DNA of 15,336 nt from Myxococcales bacterium (GCA_045863395.1 BTVJ01000130.1:1-15336), one strand, 5' to 3'. Numbered from the stretch's first letter, positions 1 to 8,814 are shown. The notes: generated from the sequence alone by a model not told the origin. Made by a program: numbers and translations.

Positions 1-1
1 C

Positions 2-148
2 GGGACGAACCGCGCGGCAGTGCGGCAACTTCGCATCCCCACCGAAAGGACACGCCTCGCCGCCTGGGACGCCGTCCCGGAGCTCGTCGCCCAGCGGACG
101 CCCGAGCGGGTGCTCGCGGTGCTGGAGCGACTGGAGAGCCACTGGTAG
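2..148 (+). CDS. 3' end of an unidentified gene entering from the left edge (partial)
   Basis: Frame 2 is open from the edge: GTNRAAVRQLRIPTERTRLAAWDAVPELVAQRTPERVLAVLERLESHW, then TAG at 146-148. Third positions are mostly G/C. It converges on the Ehr operon. No recognisable motif. Confidence 0.45.
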   Translation, partial: GTNRAAVRQLRIPTERTRLAAWDAVPELVAQRTPERVLAVLERLESHW

Positions 149-206
149 GGGCGGTTGCGAACACCCGTGCGCTGCCCTGGCATCGGCGCGCCTTCCGAGG
201 TGGGAG

Positions 207-959
207 CTACCCCTCGACCCGCCCCAGCAGCCGCAGCAGCGCGTCCAGGATGGTCAGCGGGTGCGGAGGGCATCCAGGGACGTAGAGGTCCACCGGCACC
301 AGGCCATCAACCCCGTCGTTGACCTCCGGGTGGCCGCGGAAGGGGCCGCCCGCGATGGCGCAGGCCCCGACCGCGATCACCAGCTTCGGCGCCGGGATCG
401 CCTCCCACGTCTTGCGCAGCGCCAGCTCCATGTTGGCGCTGACGGGTCCGGTGACCAGGATGCCGTCCGCGTGGCGGGGCGACGCCACGAACTGCACGCC
501 GAAGCGCCCGAGGTCCCAGCCCACCGTGCCGAGGACGTTCGTGTCCGCCTCGCAGGCGTTGCAGCCACCAGCGCTCACCTGGCGCAGCTTGAGGGAGCGG
601 CCGAACAGGCGCAGCAGGCCGCCTTCGAGGGGCTGGAGCGGTGGGGGCGCCCCGCTGGCGAGCCCCTCCCGCGTGCGGGAGCCGAGGCTGAAGGCGCGCC
701 CGTGGGCGATGGCCCCGGTCGGGCAGGCGTCGGTGCAGTCCGTGCAGAAGAGGCAGCGGCCCAGGTCGACGGCGGGAGGGTCGAGCGTGATGCAGTCCGT
801 CGGGCAGGCGGCCACGCAGGCCGCGCAGCCGGGCTCGCAGCGCGCCCTGTCGATGGCCGGAGCGCCGCGAAACCGCTCGGGCAGCGGCGGGGGAGGCCCG
901 TCCGGCCACGCCATGGTGCGGTGCCCCTGCCGCACCCGTTCCAGCAGTAGCTTCCACAT
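207..959 (-). CDS. hyfI: Ehr/hydrogenase-4-type small subunit: 2x[4Fe-4S] ferredoxin (HyfH/NuoI-like) fused to a HyfI/NuoB-like domain, 250 aa
   Basis: Start MWKLLLERVRQG at ATG 959, overlapping the upstream TGA (TGATG). Ferredoxin motifs CEPGCAACVAACP and CLFCTDCTDACP. NuoB/HyfI motifs SAGGCNACE, ASPRHADGILVTGP, GACAIAGG and VPGCPPHP. Confidence 0.93.
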   Translation of the reverse strand: MWKLLLERVRQGHRTMAWPDGPPPPLPERFRGAPAIDRARCEPGCAACVAACPTDCITLDPPAVDLGRCLFCTDCTDACPTGAIAHGRAFSLGSRTREGLASGAPPPLQPLEGGLLRLFGRSLKLRQVSAGGCNACEADTNVLGTVGWDLGRFGVQFVASPRHADGILVTGPVSANMELALRKTWEAIPAPKLVIAVGACAIAGGPFRGHPEVNDGVDGLVPVDLYVPGCPPHPLTILDALLRLLGRVEG

Positions 960-2365
960 CAGAGGTCGTGCCCGCAGTAGGAGAGGTTGAAGCTCTTGTT
1001 GCAGAGCGGGAAGTCCGAGATGGGCTGCCCGCGGAGCGCCAGCGCCAGCCCGGTCCAGTTGTGGAAGGACGGGTCGACCACCTTGACCGCGGAGAGCCCG
1101 TCGGGCCCGGTCAGCGCCACGTGGGCGATCTCGCCGCGCCAGCCCTCCACCAGGGAGACGGCGACGTGCCCCGGCCGCAGGGGTCCCACCGGCGCCCGCA
1201 GCGGCCCCGGCGGAAGGGTCGCGATCAGCTCCCGGATGAGCGCCACGGACCGCTCGTGCTCCGCCCACCGCACCCGCGCCCGCGAGAGCACGTCGCCACC
1301 ACCGACCGGCGGCGCCACGTGCAGGGCCCGCCAGGCCCCGGTGGGGTGGTCGGCGCGCACGTCCCGCCCTACCCCGCTGGCGCGAGCCGCCGGCCCCACG
1401 AGCCCCACGGCGCGGGCCTGCTCCTCGGTCACCGTCCCCGTCCCCTCGAAGCGGCTCATGACCGACGGCTCGTCCCAGAGCAGCGCCACGGCGCCGGCGC
1501 CGTCCCGAGCCGCGGCGTCGATGCGCGGCAGGAGGCCGTCCGGCAGGTCGAAGCGCACGCCGCCGGGCACCAGGAGGCCGCGCCCGAAGCGGTTCCCGCA
1601 CAGGGCGGCGGTCAGGTTCAGCCAGTCTCCGCGGACGCGGCCACAGAAGGACGCCGTCGGCTGGTAGGCGACGTCGTTGGCGAGCGCTCCCAGGTCACCC
1701 ACATGGTTGGCGAGGCGCTCCAGCTCCAGCGCGATGGCGCGCAGCCAACGCCCCAAAGGCGGCACCTCCACCCCGGCGAGCGCCTCCACGGCCTGGCACC
1801 ACGCCGTCGCGTGGCCGATGGTGGTGTCGCCGGCCAGGGTCTCCGCCAAGTGGAGCGCGCGGGGACCGAGGAGGCCCCGCTCCACCCCTCTGTGTTGGTA
1901 CCCGAGCGCGATCTCCAGGTGGAAGACCTCCTCCCCGTGGCACTGGAAGCGGAAGTGGCCGGGCTCGATGATGCCAGCATGGACGGGCCCCACCGCCACC
2001 TCGTGGACGCCCTCGCCCTCCACCCGGTAGAAGTCCTGGGCGCCGGGCACGTCGCCCGGGGCCGTGAAGCGCACGGGGTTGGGCCACGGGTGGCCGATGA
2101 GCTCCACCCCCGCCTGCTCCCGGATCTCCCGCTCGAACAGGTGCACCTCGGGCCGCTCTGCCACCAACGAAGGCAGCCGATCCCCGAGCCGCGCGCGCCC
2201 CACCCGCAGGAGGCCCGCCCCGTCGTCCACCACCGCCACCAGCTCCGGGCCTGCCGCGAAGTACGCCACCACCCGCCCGCTCCGCAGCAGCGCGTGCAGC
2301 TCCTCCAATTCGACTAGAGCCGGCAGCGGGGCCGCCTCCCCGTTCCTCAGCACAGCAACGCTCAT
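959..2365 (-). CDS. hyfG: Ehr large subunit (HyfG/HycE/NuoCD-like) lacking NiFe ligand motifs, 468 aa
   Basis: Start MSVAVLRNG at ATG 2365, with an ATGA overlap on the hyfF stop. NuoC-like LFEREIREQ..GHPWP. NuoD-like GPVHAGIIEPGHFRF, LGYQHRGVE, LELERLANHVGD, VEGWRGE and KVVDPSFHNW. Ends DFPLCNKSFNLSYCGHDL. Confidence 0.93.
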   Translation of the reverse strand: MSVAVLRNGEAAPLPALVELEELHALLRSGRVVAYFAAGPELVAVVDDGAGLLRVGRARLGDRLPSLVAERPEVHLFEREIREQAGVELIGHPWPNPVRFTAPGDVPGAQDFYRVEGEGVHEVAVGPVHAGIIEPGHFRFQCHGEEVFHLEIALGYQHRGVERGLLGPRALHLAETLAGDTTIGHATAWCQAVEALAGVEVPPLGRWLRAIALELERLANHVGDLGALANDVAYQPTASFCGRVRGDWLNLTAALCGNRFGRGLLVPGGVRFDLPDGLLPRIDAAARDGAGAVALLWDEPSVMSRFEGTGTVTEEQARAVGLVGPAARASGVGRDVRADHPTGAWRALHVAPPVGGGDVLSRARVRWAEHERSVALIRELIATLPPGPLRAPVGPLRPGHVAVSLVEGWRGEIAHVALTGPDGLSAVKVVDPSFHNWTGLALALRGQPISDFPLCNKSFNLSYCGHDL

Positions 2366-3774
2366 GGCACCGCCAGCCAGGCCACGGTCGCCTGAATCAG
2401 CGCGTCCACCGGCGCCGGGATCGCCACCCCGAGCCACAGGGACAGGAGCAGGAAGCCCACGATGGGGCTCGACATGAGCGCGGTATCCTTCCACTGCGTC
2501 GGCCCCCCCTCGCCGAAGGAGACCCGCAGGACCGTGCCCGCCATGCCGATGAACACCACCATGATCGCCGCCACGAACAGCGCCGCGATCAGCGCGTGAC
2601 CCGCCGACAGGGCCCCGAGCACGATGGTCAGCTCCGACAGGAAGGGCCCGAAGGGCGGCGCCCCCGTCACGGCGAAGAAGCCCAGCAGGAACAGCCACCC
2701 GGACACGGGCACCCCGCGCAGCGCCCCGGTCACGACGTCCGACGACTTGCTCCCGTAGGCCCGGTGCAGGTTGGCGGCGGACAGGAAGACCACGCCCTTG
2801 GTCACGCCGTTGGTCAGCAGGTGAAGGAGCGCCCCGTAGCGGGCCGCGCCGCCGACCCCCGTGCCGACGGCGAGGATGCCCATGTGCTCGACGCTCGACC
2901 ACGCCAGCATGCGCTTGATGTCCCGCTGCCCGAGCATCATGGCCGCCGCGAGCCCCATGGACAGGAGGCCGAGCACGACCAGCATGTCGCTGGCCACCTC
3001 GCCCTGGCCCGCCAGCGAGACCACCCGAAAGACACGAAGGACGGCGAGGAACGCGGCGCTCGTGACCCCCGCGGCGAAGAGCGCGCCGACCAGCCCCGGG
3101 GCCTCCCCGTAGGCGTCGGGCTTCCAGGCGTGCATGGGGGCGAGGCCCATCTTCGTGCCGTAGCCGACCAACAGGAGCACGAAGGCCGCCTTGACCCACG
3201 GCGCCGAGAGCTGCGGCGCCACGGCGGCGAGGTCGTCGAAGAGCAGAGACGAGTGGACTCCGGCGTGCAGCGCCGCGTAGGCCAGGAAGAACGTGCCGAG
3301 CAGCGCCAGGGCGACGCCCACGGACCCGACGAGCAGGTACTTCCAGGTGGCCTCGATGGAGCGAGGGCTCCGGTTGAAATAGATGAGGGGCGCCGCCGCC
3401 AGCGCCGAGCCCTCGATGGCGACCCACATGATGCCGAGGTGCTGAGCCAGGATGGCGAGGGTCAGGGTGCCGAGCAGCGCCGAGAGGCACGCCACGAAGA
3501 CCCGCGTCGTGCGGGTGCGGAGCCGCAGGTAGCCGACGCCGTAGACGGAGGCGCCGGCGAAGACCACGGACACGAGCGGGAGAACCAGACGGGCCGGCGG
3601 ATCCAGCGCGAGCCACCCGGTCGTGGGCGGCACGTCCAGCGCGAGGAGCGCGCCGCTCAGCCCCAGGTGGCCCAAGGTCGTGGCGACCAGGACGAAGGGG
3701 CGCATCCGGTCCGAGGACACCAGGAGCGCGACCACGGCGCCCACCCAGGGCACGAGCAGGAGCGCGACGTCCAT
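2362..3774 (-). CDS. hyfF: HyfF-like proton-conducting antiporter-type membrane subunit (NuoL/M/N/MrpD family), 470 aa
   Basis: Polytopic membrane protein with MWVAIE, EATWKY, GYGTKMGLAPMHAWKPDAYGEAP, DIKRMLAWSSVEHMG and GAPPFGPFLSE. Confidence 0.92.
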   Translation of the reverse strand: MDVALLLVPWVGAVVALLVSSDRMRPFVLVATTLGHLGLSGALLALDVPPTTGWLALDPPARLVLPLVSVVFAGASVYGVGYLRLRTRTTRVFVACLSALLGTLTLAILAQHLGIMWVAIEGSALAAAPLIYFNRSPRSIEATWKYLLVGSVGVALALLGTFFLAYAALHAGVHSSLLFDDLAAVAPQLSAPWVKAAFVLLLVGYGTKMGLAPMHAWKPDAYGEAPGLVGALFAAGVTSAAFLAVLRVFRVVSLAGQGEVASDMLVVLGLLSMGLAAAMMLGQRDIKRMLAWSSVEHMGILAVGTGVGGAARYGALLHLLTNGVTKGVVFLSAANLHRAYGSKSSDVVTGALRGVPVSGWLFLLGFFAVTGAPPFGPFLSELTIVLGALSAGHALIAALFVAAIMVVFIGMAGTVLRVSFGEGGPTQWKDTALMSSPIVGFLLLSLWLGVAIPAPVDALIQATVAWLAVP

Positions 3775-3775
3775 C

Positions 3776-4420
3776 TCACTCCTTCAGCGAGGACAGCTCG
3801 CGGGTGTCCATGGTGGAGAACTCACGCTGGATGTGATCGATGATGATGCCCATCACGAAGATGCCCACCACCAAATCGAGCAGCGCGCCGACCTCGACGA
3901 GCAGCGGCACCGCCTCCAGCAGCAGCAGACCGAACAGGAAGATCCCGTTCTCAAGGACCAGGTAGCCGAGCACCTGGTTGATGGCCTTCAGGCGCGTCGT
4001 CAGCAGCAGGAAGCCGGTGAAGGAGGTCGTCAGGGCGGCGGGCACCAGCAGGCGCATCTCTTCGCCAGCGATGAGTGGGAGGGTGCGGGTGAAGGCCAGG
4101 GCGAGGCCCGCCCCGACGGCGCCGAGCAGCATGGACGCGCCCAGGCTGATGAAGGGCTCCACGGCCAGCCGGATCTGCGCCTTCTTCATGGCGCGCATCA
4201 ACATGCCGGGGATCACCACCCCCTTGAGGGCCCCGGTCAGCGCCGCCACGGCAAAGGCGCGCACGTCGAGCGTCTCGTGGACCAGCAGCGTGAGCACCCC
4301 GAGCACGAGCCCCTGTGCCCCGACGATGCGGATCACGGCCCGGATGCGGCTGGTGCCCAGCGCGAACACGTTGAGCACGAAGAGGAGCACCAGCAGCGTG
4401 TCGGTCCACCAGGCGGCCAT
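3776..4420 (-). CDS. hyfE: HyfE-like membrane subunit, 214 aa
   Basis: Start MAAWWTDTLL at ATG 4420, overlapping the hyfC TGA by 1 nt. Hydrophobic, with LKGVVIP and QVLGYLVLENGIFLFG. It sits between hyfC and hyfF as in hyf/ehr operons. Confidence 0.9.
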   Translation of the reverse strand: MAAWWTDTLLVLLFVLNVFALGTSRIRAVIRIVGAQGLVLGVLTLLVHETLDVRAFAVAALTGALKGVVIPGMLMRAMKKAQIRLAVEPFISLGASMLLGAVGAGLALAFTRTLPLIAGEEMRLLVPAALTTSFTGFLLLTTRLKAINQVLGYLVLENGIFLFGLLLLEAVPLLVEVGALLDLVVGIFVMGIIIDHIQREFSTMDTRELSSLKE

Positions 4421-5328
4421 CAGCGCACCATCAGCAGGAAGGCGAAGGCGGTGAGCAGAGCGGCCCCGGCGATGAGGTCGGGCGCCTTCTGCAGGCGCAC
4501 CCGGGCCGTGACCGACTCGATCACGCCGATGCCCATGGCGAGCACGACCAGCGCCGCGAGCACCGCTGCGCGTCCGAGCCAGGGCGACTCGACGGCCGGG
4601 AGCACCAGCCTTACGATGACCGCGCCGAGCACCATGAGCTTGAGGGCGGCGCCGTAGAGCACGGCGCCAAAGAGGGGGCCGCTGTGGTCGAGGACCATGA
4701 CCTCGTGGATCATGGTCAGCTCCAGGTGCGTGTTGGGGTCGTCGAAGGGCACGCGGGAGCACTCGACGAGCAGCACCACCACCAGGCCCACCACGCAGAG
4801 CGCGACGGACGCCACCGCGCCCTCCACCGGGGCGGAGAGCATGGGGCCGAGCGAGAGGGCACCCGAGAGGCGCACCAGGCACAGGAGCGCGAAGAACACG
4901 GCGAGCTCGGCCAGGGCGGCCCAGGTGACCTCCCGGGCGGCGCCCATGCCCTCGAACGGGGAGCCGGTGTCGAGGGCCGCCGCCGCGGTGAAGAAGCGCC
5001 CCAAGGCGAGCAGGTAGGCGAAGAGGACCAGGTCCCCATCGAAGCCAAGGACGGACTCACCGGGGCCGAGCGGCACCAGCAGGCCCGCGATGAGGGTAGC
5101 GACCACGCCGACGGCGGGCGCCAGCGGAAACACCCACGTCGTCGTGCGGGAGAGCACGACGCCCTTGCGGGCGAGGCGCAGCAGGTCGCGCCACGGCTGG
5201 AGCAGCGGCGCGCCCGCCCGCCCCGCGAACGCAGCCTTCACCCGGTTGACGACCCCCACGAGCAGCGGCGGGAAGAGCAGCAGCAGCGCAAGGTCCACGA
5301 CCTGCGCAAGCGCGGTCATGGGGGTCAT
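4420..5328 (-). CDS. hyfC: HyfC/HycD (NuoH-like) membrane subunit, about 302 aa
   Basis: ATG 5328 makes an ATGA overlap with the hyfB stop (alternative ATG at 5319). Motifs GRAGAPLLQPWRDLLRL, ALDTGSPFEGMGAARE, ECSRVPFDDPNTHLELTMIHEVMVLDHSG and GVIESVTARVRL. Confidence 0.93.
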   Translation of the reverse strand: MTPMTALAQVVDLALLLLFPPLLVGVVNRVKAAFAGRAGAPLLQPWRDLLRLARKGVVLSRTTTWVFPLAPAVGVVATLIAGLLVPLGPGESVLGFDGDLVLFAYLLALGRFFTAAAALDTGSPFEGMGAAREVTWAALAELAVFFALLCLVRLSGALSLGPMLSAPVEGAVASVALCVVGLVVVLLVECSRVPFDDPNTHLELTMIHEVMVLDHSGPLFGAVLYGAALKLMVLGAVIVRLVLPAVESPWLGRAAVLAALVVLAMGIGVIESVTARVRLQKAPDLIAGAALLTAFAFLLMVR

Positions 5329-7283
5329 CGCGCCCACAGCGTCTCCAGGATGGCGTCGAGCGGCAGCGTGCTCGCCAGGAGCAGGAAGGCCGCGAGGAAG
5401 ATGGTCAGCACGTAGAGCTGCACCCGCCCGCTCTGGAGCGCCCGCAGGCGGCCCAAGGCAGCGCCGGTGCGACGGAAGGCGGGCAGGATGAGCCGCTCCA
5501 GGACCGTGTCGTCCACGTGGGTCTCGAAGCGGGTGGCGGGCGGGTGGAGCCCACTGATCGCAGGGCGGTGGGTCCGCGGGCGAAGCGCCACCGCCAGCAG
5601 GCCCACGAGCCCGTCCGAGAAGGACGAGGCGGTGTACTGCATGCGCGGCGTGGGCACCGCGTAGCCACAATCCCAGGTCCCGGTGCGGGGCGCGGCTCGC
5701 AGGGCGCGGGCCTGACGCCAGGTGAGGAGCGCGACCCCAATGATCAGGACGGCCCCCGCCACGCTCAACGGCCAGAACGGGACCAGGGAGGCAAGCGGGG
5801 GGAGCGCGGGGCCTCCAAGAGTGGCAGCCACCCGGTCGAGGGCGGGCGCCAGCAGGGCGGGGAGCAGACCGATGCCGACACACAGCGCCGCGAGGACCAC
5901 CATGGGGGCGAGCATGGCGGCGGGGGCCTCGTGGGCGGTCTCCGCGTGCTCTGTGCGCGGCTCACCCAGGAACACCGCGCCCGTGACCTTGACGAAGCAG
6001 GCGACCGCGAGCGCCCCCACCAGAGCGAGCAGGGGGGCGGTGATCGCCACGAGCACCACCCCGCCCGGGGCCGCAGTCCGGAACAGCCCAAGGTAGACCA
6101 TGAGCTCGCTGGCGAAGCCGTTGAGCGGCGGCAGGCCGGCGATGGCGACCGCGCCCACCACGAACAGGGCGGCGGTGCGAGGCATTGTTCGCGCGAGCCC
6201 CCCGAGGCGGTCGATGGCGCGCGTGCCCGTGGCGTGGACCACCGCCCCGGCCGCGTAGAAGAGCAAGCTCTTGAAGATCGCGTGGTTCCAGACGTGGAGT
6301 AGCCCGCCTGCGATGCCGAGCACCACCCACTCGGGGCGCCCCAGGGACCGCCCGATGAGGGCGAGCCCGACACCCATGAGGATGATCCCCACGTTCTCGA
6401 TGCTGTGCCAGGCCAAGAGCCGCTTCAGGTCGTGCTGGCCGAGGGCGAAGGCGACCCCGAAGACTGCGCTCGCGACGCCCAGGGCCAGGACCAGCCCGCC
6501 AAACTCGACGGGTGCATCCCCCAGGGTCGCGACCCGCACGATGCCGTAGACCCCCACCTTGAGGAGCACGCCGGAGAGCAGCGCGGACACGTGGGTGGGA
6601 GCGACGGCGTGGGCCCCCGGGAGCCACACGTGCCCGGGCATGACGCCCGCCTTGACCCCGAAGGCTATGAGCCCCAACGCGAGCACGGCGGTGCTCCCCG
6701 ATGGGAGGGGCGCGAACCCGAACGTACCCGTCTCCTGGTAGATGGCGGCAAACAGCAGCCACAAGAGCAGCGTCGAGACGTGGGTGGCGATGAGGTAGAC
6801 GAGGGCTGCCTGCCGAGCCTCCTCCCGGTGGTGGTCGGTCGCCACCAGCGCGAAGGCCGAGAGCGCCATCACCTCCCAGGCAGCGAGGAACGCCACCCCG
6901 CTGCGAGCGAGCACCACGACGGTCATGGCCGCGGCCAGCGCACCGAAGCCGACCCGCACGGCCCGGTGGGAGGTGGGGTGGGAGGCCTCCGACCAGTAGT
7001 GGGTCGCGTAGAGGGCGCCGAGCGCGCTGACGAGCCCGATGGGCACGAGGAACAGCGCGGCGAGAGGATCCAGGGCGAAGGAGAGGGCGCCGCCAGGCAC
7101 GGCCCACGGGACCTCCGCGACGGACCCGGGCGCGCCGAAGAGCACCCCGAGCCCCGCGAGAGCGACAACCGCCCCACCGAGGATGCTGAGGCCAGCGGTG
7201 ACTCGGGTGGGGGCGACCAGGGCGAGCAGCCCCGCGAGCAACAGGAGCCCTGAACCGGCGAGGGCGACTCCGACGGCGCTCAT
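5325..7283 (-). CDS. hyfB: HyfB/HycC-like antiporter-type membrane subunit (NuoL family), 652 aa
   Basis: FLAAWEVMALS, GVKAGVMPGHVWLPGAHAVAP, DLKRLLAWHSIENVG, NHAIFKSLLF, GLPPLNGFASE and the HyfB-type TWDCGY...RMQYTASSF. GGAG lies 5 nt upstream of the ATG. Confidence 0.93.
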   Translation of the reverse strand: MSAVGVALAGSGLLLLAGLLALVAPTRVTAGLSILGGAVVALAGLGVLFGAPGSVAEVPWAVPGGALSFALDPLAALFLVPIGLVSALGALYATHYWSEASHPTSHRAVRVGFGALAAAMTVVVLARSGVAFLAAWEVMALSAFALVATDHHREEARQAALVYLIATHVSTLLLWLLFAAIYQETGTFGFAPLPSGSTAVLALGLIAFGVKAGVMPGHVWLPGAHAVAPTHVSALLSGVLLKVGVYGIVRVATLGDAPVEFGGLVLALGVASAVFGVAFALGQHDLKRLLAWHSIENVGIILMGVGLALIGRSLGRPEWVVLGIAGGLLHVWNHAIFKSLLFYAAGAVVHATGTRAIDRLGGLARTMPRTAALFVVGAVAIAGLPPLNGFASELMVYLGLFRTAAPGGVVLVAITAPLLALVGALAVACFVKVTGAVFLGEPRTEHAETAHEAPAAMLAPMVVLAALCVGIGLLPALLAPALDRVAATLGGPALPPLASLVPFWPLSVAGAVLIIGVALLTWRQARALRAAPRTGTWDCGYAVPTPRMQYTASSFSDGLVGLLAVALRPRTHRPAISGLHPPATRFETHVDDTVLERLILPAFRRTGAALGRLRALQSGRVQLYVLTIFLAAFLLLASTLPLDAILETLWAR

Positions 7284-7435
7284 GGGAGCTCCCAGCGGCC
7301 GTGGACACGCGGCGGTCTGAACCGATCCCTGTGCCTCGCGCGGTGGCGAACGGACGTCCCGAGACCCCTCAGGGGGCCGTCCTCAGTGCACTGGGAGCGC
7401 AGCAAGGCGCGCACCTCCGGTCCAAACCCGGGCGC

Positions 7436-7464
7436 AGCATCTTCCCGCCCCCCCAGGATGTCAA
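7436..7464 (-). promoter_or_regulatory. Putative sigma70-type promoter for the hyf/ehr operon
   Basis: Minus strand TTGACA (7464-7459), a 17-nt spacer, then GATGCT (7441-7436). Perfect -35 and weak -10, about 150 nt upstream of the hyfB ATG. Confidence 0.5.
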
Positions 7465-7476
7465 GCGGTCGGTCCC

Positions 7477-8814
7477 TCACTCCTCCCCGAGCTTCCTGTA
7501 GATGGTGCGGCGGTCGATGCCGAGGATGCGGGCCGCCTCCGCCTTGTTGCCGTCGACCGCGTCGAGCACCGCGCGGATGTAGGCCCGCTCCACCTCCTCC
7601 AGGGGGCGCCCACCGAGGGCGGCCAGCTCCAGCGGGCTCGCGTCGCGAGGTGGTAGATCCAGGTCCCCCAGGGTCACCGTGTCGTGGTCAGACAGGGCGA
7701 CCGCCCGCTCCAGGGTGTTGGACAGCTCCCGGACGTTCCCCGGCCACGGGTGGGAGACGAGGGCGCGCAGGGCCGCGGCGCTCACTCCCGTGATCGCACG
7801 GCCCAGGCGGTCGCCGATGCGGGCCAGCAGCGTATCGACCAGCAGCGGGATGTCCTCGCGCCGCTCGCGCAGGGGGGGGATCTCCACGCGGATGACGTTG
7901 AGGCGATAGTACAGGTCCGGCCGGAAGCGTCGGTCCTTGAGCGCCTCCTCCAGGGGGCGGTTCGTCGCCGCGATGACCCGCACGTCCACCGGCACCTCCC
8001 GGGCGCCCCCCACCGCGCGGACGCGGCCGGTCTCCAGGGCCTGGAGCAGCTTCGCCTGGGCCTCCAGGGGCAGCTCGCCCACCTCGTCGAGGAACAGGGT
8101 CCCACCGTCCGCCTGGAGCATGAGGCCCGGGCGATCCTCGCGGGCGTCGGTGAAGGCGCCCCGCCGCACGCCGAACAGCTCGCTCTCCACCAGAGGTAGG
8201 GGCAGCGCAGCGCAGTTCACCTGGATGAAGGGGCGGCCCGCGCGGGCGCTCCCGTCGTGGATCAGGCGGGCGACGAAGCCCTTGCCGGAGCCGCTCTCAC
8301 CGGTCACGAGCACGGTGGAGTCCGTGCGGCCCGCGCGGACGCTCAGCTCCAGCACCTTGCGCATGGCCGGGCTGGCGGCCGCCGAGGCGTCCGCCGCGCG
8401 GGCCGAGAGGGACTGGCGCAGCCGCACGATCTCGCGACGCATCTGCCGCTCGTGCAGCGCCCGGTCCACGGCGCGCACCAGCACCTCCAGGGGGAACGGC
8501 TTGGTCACGAAGTCGCACGCCCCTTGACGGAGCGCGGTCACCGCCATGTCGATGCTCCCGAAGGCGGTCATGAGCAGCACGAGCTGCCCCGGGCGCCGCG
8601 CGTGGATGGCGCCGACCAGGTCGAGGCCCCGCAGCTCCGGCATCTCCACGTCCGCCACCACAAGGTCGTAGCTCCCCGCATCAGGGCGCTCCAGGGCATC
8701 CCGCGGAGAGGTGGTGCCCACCACGTCGTAGCCGGCCTCCCCGAGCGCGTCCACGAGCAGATCCACCAGGTCCTGGTCGTCGTCCACCACCAGGATGCGC
8801 CCTGCTTCCTTCAT
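7477..8814 (-). CDS. Sigma54-dependent response regulator (REC-AAA+-Fis HTH, NtrC/AtoC family), 445 aa
   Basis: REC motifs ILVVDDD and LVVADVEMP. Walker A GESGSGK, ELFG..RGAFTDA, Walker B LFLDEVGEL, RFRPDLYYRLNV and WPGNVREL. HTH GNKAEAARILGIDRRTIYRKL. ATGA overlap with the kinase. Confidence 0.96.
   Translation of the reverse strand: MKEAGRILVVDDDQDLVDLLVDALGEAGYDVVGTTSPRDALERPDAGSYDLVVADVEMPELRGLDLVGAIHARRPGQLVLLMTAFGSIDMAVTALRQGACDFVTKPFPLEVLVRAVDRALHERQMRREIVRLRQSLSARAADASAAASPAMRKVLELSVRAGRTDSTVLVTGESGSGKGFVARLIHDGSARAGRPFIQVNCAALPLPLVESELFGVRRGAFTDAREDRPGLMLQADGGTLFLDEVGELPLEAQAKLLQALETGRVRAVGGAREVPVDVRVIAATNRPLEEALKDRRFRPDLYYRLNVIRVEIPPLRERREDIPLLVDTLLARIGDRLGRAITGVSAAALRALVSHPWPGNVRELSNTLERAVALSDHDTVTLGDLDLPPRDASPLELAALGGRPLEEVERAYIRAVLDAVDGNKAEAARILGIDRRTIYRKLGEE

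Noticed and set aside
148..206. Intrinsic terminator between the convergent genes
   Set aside because: There is only an imperfect GC stem (GGGCGG...CTGCCC), with no U-tract on either strand.
207..5883. Long N-terminal extensions in the ORF track (207..1601, 959..3616, 3776..4882, 4420..5883) suggesting fusions
   Set aside because: The extensions are Arg/Gly/Pro-rich off-frame readings of upstream genes. True starts at 959, 2365, 4420 and 5328 coincide with stop/start overlaps.
207..7283. Functional hydrogenase-4, formate hydrogenlyase or complex I
   Set aside because: The NiFe ligands are absent, and there are no maturation, formate dehydrogenase, NuoA/J or NuoEFG genes in the window.
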